NCBI GenBank assembly: GCA_002633005.1
Contig: NMRA01000052.1
Coordinates: 610,722 to 674,721, forward strand
DNA length: 64,000 nucleotides
Reading direction: 5' to 3'
Source: Phoronis australis
Lineage: Eukaryota; Animalia; Phoronida
Positions 34,379 through 47,900 of the stretch are shown here, piece by piece. Below the pieces are notes generated by a model that did not search any database, was not told the DNA's origin, and saw only the letters and a list, made by a program, of their open reading frames with translations. Every line of letters starts with the position of its first letter. Positions within the stretch are counted from its first letter, which is position 1. A program made the translations under genes and the position numbers.

Positions 34379-36361
34379 CTACACGTAGGTTTCAGTCCTT
34401 ATTTTCTTGGAAGTGCTCGAAGACTGGCTGCACAAAGACGGTTCATAGTTCTCCTGCAGGGGCGGGTAATCCCACGCTGGTAGGAGACCCGAGGAGCTGT
34501 TGAATGTTGGAGACGAATGCGAGGACGATCGCTGTGGTGGCCGCATATCTATTTCATCCAAACTTGACCCACCAGGATTATAACTTATGTCTGGTTTATG
34601 GTCATAGTCATGTTTTAAATTGGCAATGTTTTTGCTGTAGTCGGAGTTGTTTGAACCATTTAAAGGTGTTGGAGAAGTTTTGAGTGAGCTCTCCGTATGG
34701 AATATACTGTCTGGGGTATAACCGGTGTTGATGACTTCAGGCGGGAAGCTACAGTTGCTGTACTCATTGAGTAGATTTTTCTTCGCCACGTGATTGGGCA
34801 GGAAGCCATTATGAATATGTCCGTTACCATTGGGTAAACTTTCATTTTTGTTGTCGCTCAAATGTCCATTGTGTAGTTTCTTATCTGTTGCATTGTCTTT
34901 CTCTTTATTGACCATTTCACTCGGTAAATGGCCGTTTGGTGGATCACTTGTTAAGTGACCATTTTGCATTTTTGAGTCTGTTTTGCTGTTCTTTTCATTT
35001 TCAAAACGCACTTGACTCGGTGGTCGCACATGGTCATGGGTTATAGTATTCTCCCGGACTTTGTAAATCCCAGAATCCTTCTGTTTCCTGGTACACTTAC
35101 GACAGCAGACGCATAGCACTATTATTATGATAATGATTACAAATGCAGCGCACGAGCAGCCAATAACAATTGGCAGAAAATCGCTGTCCAATAAGGTTGA
35201 AGCAGCTGAAGTTGGTGGTCGAAAATACCACGTTGTTCCTGAAGGTGTGTTCACGATTTTCATTGTGTTTTTATTTTTATCTACAACCGATGTTATTTCA
35301 GCCATCGTCGTTGTTGCCATAGTAGTAGTAGTTGTTGTAGGTGTTTCTGTTGTTGTGGTGACTGTTGTTGTCGTTGGAACAGTCGTCGTGCACACAAATG
35401 ACGTCACTTCAATTTGAAATAAATTTAACCCCTTGCGATCCTCAGGTAAGCTGCATACTGGTAAATTATCTTGAAACCACTTTACTGATACAACCGTTTG
35501 CATCCAAGCTCGGAAATCATATAGTTCACAAGAACACATGAACGGGTTTCCATTTAGACGAAGGTCTTCAAGTTTCTGCAGGTTTCTGAAGGTGTCACCA
35601 TGCAAGTGCGTAATCCTGTTCGATCCTGACAAATCAATCTTCCTGACGATGCTCGAGTTGCTGAAAGCATTTGCAGCGAATGTCTCTATCTCGTTGTTGC
35701 TCAGGTCAAGTGTGCGAAGATTGGCGAGATCTTGAAATGTTCCCTCACGAACATTCAGCAAGATATTGTCGTTCATTTGCAGCGTCTGCAGTGACGGCAT
35801 GTTACTGAATACTTCGCGTCTAAGCTCTGAGATACCATTTGTCTGAAGATTAATCAATGTCAGAGCGTTTAAGTTGACGAAGGCTTCTGGTGACAAGTAT
35901 GTTATATAGGTGGAGCTGAGATCAAGCTCCTCGAGCCGTGTCAGATAGCTGAAGACATGCGACGGCAAACTGGCGATTTTGTTTTCATCCAGCTTAAGAG
36001 TTCGAAGTTGCGACAGGCCGCGAAACGCCGTCGGCTCTATTGTCTCAATTGCGTTTGATGTGAGATGGAGGTGCTCTAATTTCTGCAGCGTAATGAAGGA
36101 GTCATTTTTCAACACAGGGATGTTGTTGCGCAGGAGTCCCAGCGTGACTGTATCGTACGGGATATACGTGGGAATCTCTCGCAAGTTCTTGAATTTACAT
36201 TGCATCGTGTTGCCAGTACAAACACATGGACTGCAATCAGCTGACACGGTTCGGCTGCAGATTCCTAGAATCAAAACAAGACACAGAAGAGCTTCGTTAC
36301 ATCGAAACTCCATGTCTGGTTTTGTCCGTTTTCTGTTTGCGCTGCAGATATACGATTTCAT
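34379..36361 (-). CDS. Type I single-pass leucine-rich-repeat receptor/adhesion protein (signal peptide, LRRNT, ~9 LRRs, LRRCT, Thr-rich stalk, TM, cytoplasmic tail with PDZ-binding ETYV); intronless CDS
   Basis: 660-aa ORF. The hydrophobic signal follows the second Met (36313, gacATGG). LRRNT CSPCVC...C; 24-aa LxxLxLxxNxIxxL...F repeats; LRRCT NPFMCSC...C...C; TTTVPTTTT stalk; TM FLPIVIG...VLCVCC; C-terminus RTETYV. No Ig, FN3 or TIR domain visible. Confidence 0.95.
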   Translation of the reverse strand: MKSYICSANRKRTKPDMEFRCNEALLCLVLILGICSRTVSADCSPCVCTGNTMQCKFKNLREIPTYIPYDTVTLGLLRNNIPVLKNDSFITLQKLEHLHLTSNAIETIEPTAFRGLSQLRTLKLDENKIASLPSHVFSYLTRLEELDLSSTYITYLSPEAFVNLNALTLINLQTNGISELRREVFSNMPSLQTLQMNDNILLNVREGTFQDLANLRTLDLSNNEIETFAANAFSNSSIVRKIDLSGSNRITHLHGDTFRNLQKLEDLRLNGNPFMCSCELYDFRAWMQTVVSVKWFQDNLPVCSLPEDRKGLNLFQIEVTSFVCTTTVPTTTTVTTTTETPTTTTTTMATTTMAEITSVVDKNKNTMKIVNTPSGTTWYFRPPTSAASTLLDSDFLPIVIGCSCAAFVIIIIIIVLCVCCRKCTRKQKDSGIYKVRENTITHDHVRPPSQVRFENEKNSKTDSKMQNGHLTSDPPNGHLPSEMVNKEKDNATDKKLHNGHLSDNKNESLPNGNGHIHNGFLPNHVAKKNLLNEYSNCSFPPEVINTGYTPDSIFHTESSLKTSPTPLNGSNNSDYSKNIANLKHDYDHKPDISYNPGGSSLDEIDMRPPQRSSSHSSPTFNSSSGLLPAWDYPPLQENYEPSLCSQSSSTSKKIRTETYV

Positions 36362-36748
36362 GTCTTGTGGACAGGAGTGTTCACCGTCTATATACTTCCA
36401 AATAAATAATCACATTTGGTGTGCCCTGTCACTTGATTGTGCTGCGACAGTGTTATTTTCTGCGAGTCGAATCGATGAACAGATCCGAGAAGAAACTGAT
36501 GTTAATCCTATGGCTGCAGTCTCGCTGAATTCCTTTCTATCGGTGCTAGACACCAGTTCTTGTGCTCTGTAGTCCCAATTAAACTGCTGCTTATATAGAG
36601 TCCGATTGTTATTCTAATCTCAGCTTATAGGGTTTAGATTGTCAGTAGGTCTGTCAACTGGACAATTGTTCAATAAAACACTGGTCGTCTGTTCCTGTGG
36701 TTTGTTGCTCAGTTCACCAGCTCTGAAAAAAATAACAATGGATAACAG

Positions 36749-37353
36749 ATGTACTATTATGATATGGTTGAAAGATGGGACTAGATTAGAGTGCGATCAG
36801 GGATGCTGATTAATTGGAGGTTAAAGTGATAAAAGGTTTTAATTTCAATAAGCTGTTTCTATGAATCCAAATAATTGATTTGTGAGATAGTGAGTGAAAA
36901 TTAGCTAAGACATGTTTCAGTTTATTATACAGATGGTGAATTTGTTTGGGGATTACAACTGATGAGAAACTCTGGCAATTAGTAGATGCTATCATCAGAA
37001 AGAGATTTCGAATTTTCATATTGTGTATGGGAAAGTAAATTCGAAGAAAANATGTACTATTATGATATGGTTGAAAGATGGGACTAGATTAGAGTGCGAT
37101 CAGGGATGCTGATTAATTGGAGGTTAAAGTGATAAAAGGTTTTAATTTCAATAAGCTGTTTCTATGAATCCAAATAATTGATTTGTGAGATAGTGAGTGA
37201 AAATTAGCTAAGACATGTTTCAGTTTATTATACAGATGGTGAATTTGTTTGGGGATTACAACTGATGAGAAACTCTGGCAATTAGTAGATGCTATCATCA
37301 GAAAGAAATTTCGAATTTTCATATTCTGTATGGGAAAGTAAATTCGAAGAAAA
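36749..37353. other. ~302-bp direct duplication around a single N (probable unmerged contig overlap at a scaffold gap)
   Basis: 36749-37050 is repeated at 37052-37353 with N at 37051; two substitutions lie near the end of the first copy. Confidence 0.9.
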
Positions 37354-40300
37354 GCAATGAAAAAGATTACACCAAGTGACAACTCATAACTGGCTATGGA
37401 GTTCACGTGTAATTTAGTATCTTATTATCACTTTGGTCAGATTTTATTGCAATTCATACACATGACATATAAATTTAAAAACGTAATCTAAAATGTATTC
37501 CACTAGATATTTTGTGACACCACATCAGTTCAGGTTTGCTAATCACACAATTAAGAATTCAAACAGAAACAAACTGTTGTAGAAATCCTATTCGTGTTCA
37601 TTGAAAAAATAAAACGTGAAGTTTATTTTTGGGTGGCCTCATACCACCTGCATGTTTCTCAAACAAAAATTATCTTCTGTTTAACCTAATGAAACCTTTA
37701 TAAACTCTGCTTAGTGCTCTCAGCATGGGGTCTGTGCTATCATAGCATGTTAAAACAAAAGCACAACAATAGATCTACTGATAAGGTTTCCCTTGGGGTA
37801 ACATAAACAAAGGAAAATGACATGTTGAAGTTGAGAAGTGTCCTTTCAACTAGACAAGTTGCATTTGTTTTGTTAAGGTTAGACCAAGTTTTGGAAGACA
37901 CCTTTGTTGCGGTGATTGCCTGTCATTGAAATTCAGGTCGTTATTGTGAGTTCTGGTTTTTGCTCTGAACACAGTTTATTTTGAAACCTTTTCACTGTTT
38001 GATCAGACCTGTTCATTTGTTTAATAAAGGTCTTAAAATAAATGTTGTTTTCTCATGTGCCATCCACATGTTAGAATTGTTAACCACGTCTTATGAGGGC
38101 CTGTTGTTTACAACTTACTGTAGCATTAGAAACTTGTGAAAATCCCATCAAACCCTAGCTGATTTTGATGACCTTAAAACATTCCACTGTCCATGAGTTT
38201 CTTTTCCTGCTGATGATTATTTCCTTTGCTTCATGTCTCCCTTGAGGACTAACAGCTTTGATTATATTTCTACCCATATAGAATCACCTCATAATTCCCA
38301 GGAAGAAGTTGTTTGATTCTTTAAAACAGAAAAGTTTACAAAGTAGATTCCAAACTAAATTTCATTGAGGACCACACATGACTCTTGGTGATATTGATTT
38401 TCAATTAAACGTCAAAAATTTTCTGCATGGTTACTCTAAAATACAATAACCCCAGGCAAGTTAAAAAACCATGGGTGGTGGCGCTATCGGGTGTATGTCT
38501 CATGTCGGACCCTCTCTGTGAAGTGCCATGCATCTGTTTAGATTGTCCAGATCATTGACTTCTCATAGAGACAGTGGAGAGTGCGTGTCACATTCCCTGG
38601 TCTTCAGTGTTACAAGCAGGCTATCATCAGAACAAATAAACATGGGGGTAACATTTACAAGTTGTTAACACCCTTGTACAGGTCTTGTAATACCAAGTGG
38701 TTTCATGATTGTTAACACCTAAACTAATGAAATTAATAGCTCACTGACACCTGGAGGGAAATGCCTTTGTCGTGCTTTAGAAGACTACATTTTAAAATTT
38801 TGCAAAGGGTCAAAGTTCAACTTGTGACATTTAGTATTGTTGAAAAAAGACTAGCTGGAAAATGCCCATTCTGTTGATATTTTGGTGTTTTTGGTCTACA
38901 CAAAAGAAATTCACATTTCTCATTTTTCATATTTAAAGCGTGTCTGTACAAAAGGTTACTTGTCTGAGTACAGATTATATTTTCATAACATTTTGATCAG
39001 GACAATACTTTAGTTAACATGCATTTGTGAAAAGTGATAAATGAGATTACAACAAGTAAATTGTTCTTATCACATGAACTAAGATGAAATTAGAGACCTA
39101 CTCCCAGTATCCAGTTATCAGCTGATGTTTAGATAATGTCATTCTTACTCTGTTTTCATTAACAAATTGGGATGTGTTGCATTTCAACCACTTTACAAGT
39201 AACTCCATCTGGTGAGTCATCTGCCTTATGAATCAGCAATTCCAATTTTATTTTGATAGTGCAATTGATCTTTCGAGTTTAAATTAATACTGTCTCTAGA
39301 GTCTATGTCCGAACTCTAAAACCAACCTTGAATGAAATTCAGACTCTCTAGCAATTTTGTAACTGGTGGCAAATTTTAAGGTTCCTATTTTGAAGTAGTA
39401 GGACCCAGGTTAAATTGCATACATCATAGACAAACCTGCATCAGGTTTTGCAATGGGGGGGGGTGCCCTGTGACTGAGCGTGAGCCATAGGTTTATGCTT
39501 TACCATAGTAATACCGTAATAGGAAACTGGTCATTGCCATGTGACAAGTAAAGGATTGCATCATACTGACATTGGTGAAGTCGAAAGTGAAGACACTTAG
39601 GCTGTCCTTTAAAATTAGTGCATGATGACTGCTTTTATGACAACTGCTACATGCATATTTTATCACGGCACTTTAAGTGTCAAGTCATCGCTAAAGTTAT
39701 TCAACAAAATCAAGCGATTCACAAAAATGTCGTCCCACTAGTTTTCAGCAATTAGTCTCTCATTATAATATGTCACCATGGCCTATTGTCAACTATCATA
39801 TTGCTTGATACTCAAAGTGGTCACTTAGTTATGTCTAGAGTAATTTGGTGTCCTTATACACTTAAACAGCTTCATCATATGCCATTATACTGTACAATCT
39901 TCTGACATGTTTGGTTATAAATAGCCGATAGGCGTGCCACGTCTATGTTTCAGTTGGCCTATATTACTTGAGTCTAAAGGTAATGCCATAGCTTTATTAT
40001 AAACGCCATTTTGAAAAAAACATTGAAAATGTACTGAACTTAGTTAAGGTACATTCCTAGTTAATTGCCTAAATTGTAAAAGATGAACTTAGTTACATAG
40101 CCATCTGAAATATATGACTTTAAGTTTCCATTTTACCCTCGAACAAATCTCTCAGAGAATTACCAAGTATGATGTACACAATGTGCACGACATATGGAAA
40201 TTCATTTTATCACATTTCTCAACAAAAATGAGCATTAAGAAAGTTCTATGTAATTAATAATATAGTCTGTCCTGTATAACTGTCGTAAAGCTACAATTGG

Positions 40301-41409
40301 TAATATTGTTCATCTGTAACATAGGAGTTAACTTTGAAAAATCTTGCCAAATATTTTCATGTGAAATAAGTGAAGTTTTACTGAGTGAAAATTACCATCA
40401 TTTCTGAAAGTGCTGGTCGGGTATTATAATTAGGTTTGGTTAACTTATGTCGTAGTTTTCACAGTTTTTACAGCCAGCAGGCAGGAAGTGCAACTTTAAA
40501 TTGTTTATTCTTGAATTTGAGATTTTATGCAGAAATTAATCTTAATTGTAAATTGCTATGTTTCGATTTTTGTTCAAGATAAAAATTCATTTTACCTGAT
40601 CTTGATTATTTTTGTTCTCATCATAACTTTTACCAAACACCAACTGGTAAACTGAATGAAGTAACAAGTCTATCCCACGCATTTCACCAATCTGTAATAG
40701 AACCCCTGGCTGCACCTTAAATGGTCTGTTGCAGCCATTTCTACTGTTTTACCTGGTGCGTATTGTTCTTAATGAACACTGCCAGACAAACTGTCCACTG
40801 CTTTTTCGCCCTTGATTGGTCTGTGTCTGGCTCCAGGTATAATTAAGGCAAACCATAGCCAGCAAATCATTATCTTTCATAATCTATTATTGCTACAGTG
40901 TTACGCTTTATTGGTCAATGTTATGCCAACTAATCAACCAATCAGGGAGATTCAGACAAAGTGCCTGGATGTCACGAGCAGAGCCTTGGCAATACAACAT
41001 GGCTACAAGTAAAACAACATTGCCACTGGCTCGTCACCTGAAATTTGACATCAGCGGCAAAAAAGTGAAATGTGTTCTTTAAATTTCTTGATCATTTTTT
41101 ATTAAAGTAGCTTTAAATCTGAAATCTGTTTAAGAAGCAAAGTCACTAAAAAGTCAAGCCAACTTTAGCCTGCACGATTTTGAGTTGTTATTCTGGCGAG
41201 ATTAAAGTTAATCAAATTCATTTTTAGAAAATCACTTACACCCTAAATCTGCCAACAGAAACTGTCACTCTAATTTTTTTCTATTTTTGCTGCTCTCTTA
41301 AAAGACATCTCTTAAGTTTTTAACTTGCTGAGGATCCTTTATCTTGTAATGTTTACATCTTCATGTGCAACCATCCAAAATTTCTCTGTGGAGATAATGA
41401 CGTGTCCTT

Positions 41410-41551
41410 CAGATATATATAAATTTAGCCTTACATGACATCAATTTGTTCCGCAGTTTACACAATCTCACTAGGTAGCAGATGTATATAAATTTAGCCT
41501 TACATGACATCAATTTGTTCTGCAGTTTACATATTAATCTCACTAGGTGGC
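41410..41551. repeat. Tandem duplication, ~69-72 bp x 2
   Basis: cagat.tatataaatttagccttacatgacatcaatttgttc.gcagtttaca...aatctcactaggt.gca occurs twice. Confidence 0.9.
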
Positions 41552-44500
41552 AACACCGGTTATCATTTCTACTGAATCAAGTGTTGGACTCAGGTACTCA
41601 TTACGTAAATAGCTAAAAACATAGTTTTTACAATTTTTTGTTACTTGAATTTGTGCATTGCATGTTGTAAGTATGTGCCTCACTTTGTTAGGGTCAAATC
41701 TCACCAATTTAAGACGCACTATGGTGGTGAAGTGAATTTTTTCACAAAGTTCAGAAGCATTAAATATTTGTTTCATCATTTTGAGGTCTATATCCTAGCT
41801 ACTGTCAGACAATTGCTTGAGAAATTGTGAGAATTCACAACAAAATTAAAGGCCTTTCAAACTTGCAATTACTTTTATTTGAATTTTGCGAGATTTTACT
41901 GTAATACCGTCCCTTTATGATCACTTGTATATACCCTTGACTGTCATGATCAGTATTTTATCTTATTTGATGGTGGAGCACAATTGTATATTTTAATAAA
42001 AACAAATTCGAATAAAATTTTCAAATTTTATCCAAACATGTACGTATTTTTATCACACAACTAAATAAATTTCACGATTTACTCCTGTCAGACAGAGAGT
42101 TGTTACAAATCGGGCAGCTTGCCCAGTTAGTTGGTCTTTCTTGTGCACTCCTTTGAGTGAATAAAAATACACATGTCTGCTGTGTTAGCTGATTCAGCCT
42201 GGGTCTCAGTAATTAGAACCAATCCTATACCATTGTGTTTATTTGGGTTGAAATTACACGGCTAATTTGTCAATGATCTCTTGTGTGGTGGCAGTCCCAT
42301 ACTGTTGAGTAGGATGAGTTGAGTGTCTGCAGGAAGCCAGTGACCATTTGTGAAAATACCAGCCTTGTGCTTGGTGGAAACAAAAAATACTAACAGATGT
42401 GCAAACTCCAATTCTATTGCTCACTGACGATGACAACCCCAATACCGTGTACCATGTCATCACAGAACTGTGTTTTTGGATGTGAGTTCTTTAATTTAAA
42501 GTTTTGTTGCATATCCATTTTTGTCGTCATCAGAATTTTGGTTTACTTTGCAAGAGGCGGTTCACAGATAAACACAAAGACTTTGAAATTGTGATATATG
42601 TTATTCCCATCAAAACGACTGTTTAGGTTCGATGTACTGGTCCATTAACAAACTCACTTCTTGACCCCGAAAAAAGGCTGATAGGACTATCCCAACGTCT
42701 GCACTGTATCATTCCAGGGGTATAACTCTGCTGCCATAAAATGTCAATAACCAGCTTTTTTCACCCCATTAAGTTTGATTTTATGCAACTCACCGGAGAA
42801 ACAATCAGGATGATTTCAGTCTGATACCAAGTGCAACTGTTATCGGCAGAAGCTGTAGCGTGCAATAACAAATGAGGATAGAATTTAAGTGTAGCGTGTC
42901 ACGCGGAAAATACCGTACATATGTCACAACTTAATGTCAAAGTTTTTGCATAACTATGACTAGTATGATGATTATGAGCTAAGTTTGAGTTGAAGACAAG
43001 TGAACCAGTTCACATGATTAAACAGTGCTACAAGAGACATTCTCTGAAATGCAAAATTCTGCAAAATGGTTTAAAAGTTACTTAAAAGTTGCTTACCATG
43101 CAAATTTGTTCTACTTTCTTCACGTGCAACCGTTTTGTCGCACTGCAAGCTCGCATCTGCTGCCTGATTTCATTACTAAGACTGGCCGTTACATCAAAGT
43201 AATTGAATAACCATCAAATGACCAGATTTACCTCAGGCAAGAAATTTAAATTTACCCCCTGAAAAGAATAAAATGTCTCCATAATAATGTTTATTACCCT
43301 TTGAACTCTAATGGATTTAGAGGAAAAATAACCATGCTTTGTTTGAAAGCCATTAAGCTCTAGATCACCTTAGAACTTTATATTCCCTTTGTTGGAGGCC
43401 ACATTAGAATGTGTAACACTGCAACATTTTGTAGGATTTTGAATAGCCCTGAATCAAGGCAAATGGCCAGTAATCAAGAATACAAAACATTTTATCACTT
43501 AACTTCTCCAGTTCATTGTGTGCAGTTGACTTGTACATGTGTCTGTGAGTTGTACTACAGTGTGGCTCTATTCTACTGAAAGTTAGCCTTTTGACTTGTA
43601 GGTAATGGTACTGCTTGTCGTCAGGTATTAAACTGTGATTTTTTTCATTGTGTCAAATTTATGTCACAAAACTGGTAGTTCTTTCACTTTGATCTTAAAT
43701 AAATATTGTCTGCTTCATTTTCATAATAAATCTCTTGCAACACAAACTAAATAAAAATTTGGCCTAAACATCTCACAAAAACTGCTTTCACAAACGGTTA
43801 GGTTTTCAAAGCAAACGTAATTTAGGAAGGAATTTTCTGGTCCTCAAATAGAAATCTCCAGTTTTTGGAAACTCAAATTTACATGTAAAGCTCAAGCTTT
43901 CAAAACTGCTTTAGCATATTATTGACGGTTAGTATGGGGTAAACTCATTTCATGTTCTAAATAATCGCAAGAAACTGAAGGCATCTTAAACATTTTCTTA
44001 ATTGCCTGTAAGAGCAGTGTTTTAATTTCAAAAGCTCGAAATGGTAACCTTTTGCATTACTTGTCTTGATTACATTGTCATAAAGAATTTCAATTCATGA
44101 TTTTTAAAAAAATTTTTCCTACTGTTCATCATGACTCACTGCCAATCTGACCTACTAAAGTTCACGTGACAGGTTGATAGATGCCATAATACCTCAAAAA
44201 ATGCTTTGTACAGTAAACCAGGGACAGGGTTGTTGATCTTAACCAGATTATTATGTCATATTCCTGCTTTGTTTTTCTCGACCTTTCCCCTTGGCTACAT
44301 GAGTCAACAGGCAGCACAGTTTTGGTGATGTCATAAAATAAACAGACCCCTAGACGATGGGGTGAGTTAGTATCTGTGCTTTTTGTGTCCCTGTGACCAC
44401 CATAGTGGATAGCATTGTACCCCTGTGATGTTATCAATTTGTCTCTGTAAACACCATGTTGTTGATTGTATTGTACTGCAATGTATTGTATTGTGATGTA

Positions 44501-47500
44501 TTGTGTTAGACATCCACATGGTGAATGGAAATGGTACAATTGCAGGAAATGCTGGATTTTATTCTAGTGAGTGTGTCAGCATGGATATTGATGTTCATTA
44601 GAAACACTGAAACTAATCTCACCAGTTTAGGATACAGTATGGCAGACAAGGGAAATTTTATTTTGGTATCTTCTTCATAAAAGATTTGTAGCACTGAATA
44701 AATGCTTTTTGGATATTAAAGTTCCATGCTAGCACCAATGTTCTTGAAATTTGAGGGCATCCACAACAATGTTTGAAGCCCATAAAATGAAAAACAATCA
44801 ATTTTATAATTATTTTTTTTGAAGTTGGTGAGATTTTATCATACATAGGGTATTTACTTTTTAGTTATTGTCAAACGACTAATCTGACAAAATTCATGTG
44901 CTATAATGCCTAAGGCACGCTATGGTATCTCTTCACCTTAATTTGTTGCACACTATGCAGTCGACTCATGGACTTTCATATTTTCTCAACAAAAATGTAC
45001 TTAAAAAATTCATTTTCATCATTAACCCAGTTTACACCACTGCAGAAATGTCACGAAACAAAAATTTGCGAATTTCTAATTTTTTGTTATGTGTCAGTAA
45101 GCCTATGAAAAATCAAAAAGCGACAATTTTGGCCATTATTTTGTGTGTGAAGTAACTGATGAATTAGCCTACCCGATGTTCGAAGTTATGAGATATCCAG
45201 GTATCAAATACCTGTATAATTGATGTTAAGATTGCAGGTGACAATCTAAGTCTTGGTATTCAAGGACTATAGTGTATGCAAAGTCTTATCATAATAGGAA
45301 TTTAAATGTTATTTGGCCTTGAAATTCTTATCATCCAGATACCTCTCTAGTCCTCTGTTATTTTATAGCTGATTTATTTTCATATGCCTGCTTATGTTTA
45401 AACTGAGATTACAGGAGTCTGTGTACCGACACGACTTAGCAGCTGTTATCACTATTTTAGCTGCCTGTGTGTTAAATTTTGTAACATTTATCTCATGTTT
45501 GCAGATTTTTTCTATTTTGAAGTGACATATTTTTGCAAATTGATTCAAATTTGAAATACATACATGGAAACGCACTACATATCTTCTATCAAGATATGAG
45601 GTGCGACAGTGGGCGGCAGAGCTTGGTATAATCTCGGGGGTCCGTTCACTGCGAAGTAAACTCGAGCTGTTAACTTTTGTCGAGAATTAAAGCGTTCCCA
45701 CTGATCAATGCTCCCTTAAACACTGAAGCTTTGATGTTAGTGGCAAAGGCCTCGCACAGAACAGAACGCAGCCTTGGGTTTAGTTATGGTTCATATGTGA
45801 TCATTTACACGATCTTTTTGTTTGGCACAGGTGGCACTGTCCTGAAAGACTTCCTGTAATTGAAATATTCACACATTATCAAAGTTGCTTGATGCTTAAA
45901 TCATACCCTATTGATATTAGAAGATTTAGCCATTTCGTCAAGTCATTAATTTCTTATTTATGTCCTCAGATGTCAGTGGTGTAAGCTGCACTAAAACTTC
46001 TGCTAATATCCAACGATATTAAAGGTTTGAACGTGGATTAACATGTTTTTCCGTTAAATTGCCAACAGCCATTTTCAAAACTTGAAACCTATCTGGTTAT
46101 AAAGGTACTAATGAAAAATTAACAGTTTAAAATTGTATTTCTGTCAAATTGTTCTGTCAAGATGAAATATATCAAGTTGATTCAGGGGAATATTCATCGA
46201 CAATGATTGAGTTTCATCCGGAAGGCATAAAGTAGGGGTCACCGTCACACTTCATAAACTTGGGGGGGTTTGAAAAATGTTTGGCTCAAGGTGGTTGAAA
46301 GTTAATTGCCGATGTCTGGGAGTACCTAAAAATTATTGTGGGCCCTTTCATACTAACGTTGATGCGCCAATGTTTTAGGGAGTTGCGGTCATTATGAACA
46401 ATTAACTTTGGTCCTGGATCGAAGTTAACAGTGCCAGTTAACATCACAGTAAACAGTGGATTTAACAGCGGAGCATTGGTATCCATTAACTACCAAAGCC
46501 GGTTTGAACGGTTCAGTCAACTTCGCAGTTTACATTGACACTTCGCTCAGATCGGAATTAAGTCAGTATAAAAGGGCCGTGTGGCTTGGGGTTGTAGCTC
46601 AAACACTGTCTGATGCGGGAGTGGATGACTGGAGACAGCTCGTTCTAATAACAAAAATCCCCTGACTCTAGCTTGGGCCAACAACAAGCCCTGATCCAGC
46701 ACTGCTTAACATCTAATAGTATTGTGAAATCTTAACCAATTAAGGACACAATACTGCCGGCAACCGAAAGTTTATTTTTCCATGTTTTCACAAAAGATAA
46801 GCATCACCAAAAACTGCTATATCATTTTAATGACCTATATCATGGCTAGGTAACTTCATCTAAGAAGTTGTGGGTAGTCATACCTAGATTATGAGTTTTT
46901 GAAAAATGAAAAATGAGATTAATTTTGGCAATTACTTTTTGTCCAAAATTGTTAATATTTTAGTGTAAAGTCTACCAGTAACATGTTGACCCTGTTCAAC
47001 ACACTCCCTTCTTACTAAGAAGCTAAGCAAGCTTCCCACAAGAACTTTTTGGTCAGGCATGTCTGTGTTTTGAGTATCTTAGTCTAATACTTGCCAATGT
47101 TTATTTTGTCAATAATGAATAAGCTGTAGAGAAGTATTCTCAGATTAAGTGGCTTCATTTCTCTTATTCCGCTTGGCAGAAACACTTTATTCGATCAGCC
47201 CGTGTTCCTATCTTGTTATGTTCATCAAGAACAATCACGAGATTCAACTTATTATTTCTGCAGAGTAGCATCGTCACGTGGATTATTTTTTCCATACAGG
47301 AGTATCATATGGATTTACGTATAAAACAGTTGTTAGGTTGGAATTCAGTTGTAGCGATAGGATCAAGCTTATTACACAGGATTCGGATTTAGGTTGAGAC
47401 TATAAGCTCTTTGCTATAAGACACCTTTTCTCTATTTTCGGAGATAGGGATGATGATGCTTTCAGAAAAGTATCCCAAGTTGGCATATCCTTTCCATAGG

Positions 47501-47900
47501 GGCCTATTTGCACCGTTGGTATTTAATCAGATGAAAATTCCGGCTCACAATGGCCTACCATTCACTTTGACAACTCTGACAGCACTCATCAGCTGATTCA
47601 CCCATTCAAAATGCACAAAAGAATCATGCTCTATCAAAATACTCACTGGACACAGATTCCTGAAGAAAAGACACAGTTTAGAATACTAAGTCTGTGAAAG
47701 ACTCTTTGGTAAGCTGCTTTACACCACATTGACAGAACATTGATCTTAAAGTCCTTGTCCACACTTCCTGTATCTATCTAACACACCTGCATTTGAGCTT
47801 GCTTTTTGGTTATTTGGTTCGCACTGTTATATTTGTACTTCAAATTGCTCTGTCATACGTCTCACATTAACCTATTCTAGAAAGAATTGAAAAAGAGCAA

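Noticed and set aside
35979-36572. 197-aa + strand ORF (and 35127-35417, 35538-35735)
   Set aside because: Antisense shadows of the LRR CDS; no recognisable domain. The hydrophobic run at 35127-35417 is only the complement of the Thr stalk, not a missing TM exon of the host gene.
36810-37406. Two near-identical small ORFs suggesting a tandem gene pair
   Set aside because: They derive from the duplicated sequence around the assembly gap; AT-rich and with no coding signature.
47299-47400. Candidate next exon of the GRL-like gene after ccatacag
   Set aside because: The phase-1 translation is not hydrophobic, does not resemble TM5/TM6, and hits a stop without a convincing donor.
47641-47670. 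Minus-strand 13-nt micro-exon-like pattern (cttttcttcag|GAATCTGTGTCCA|gtgagt)
   Set aside because: Expected by chance in 30 kb of intron; no supporting evidence without transcripts.
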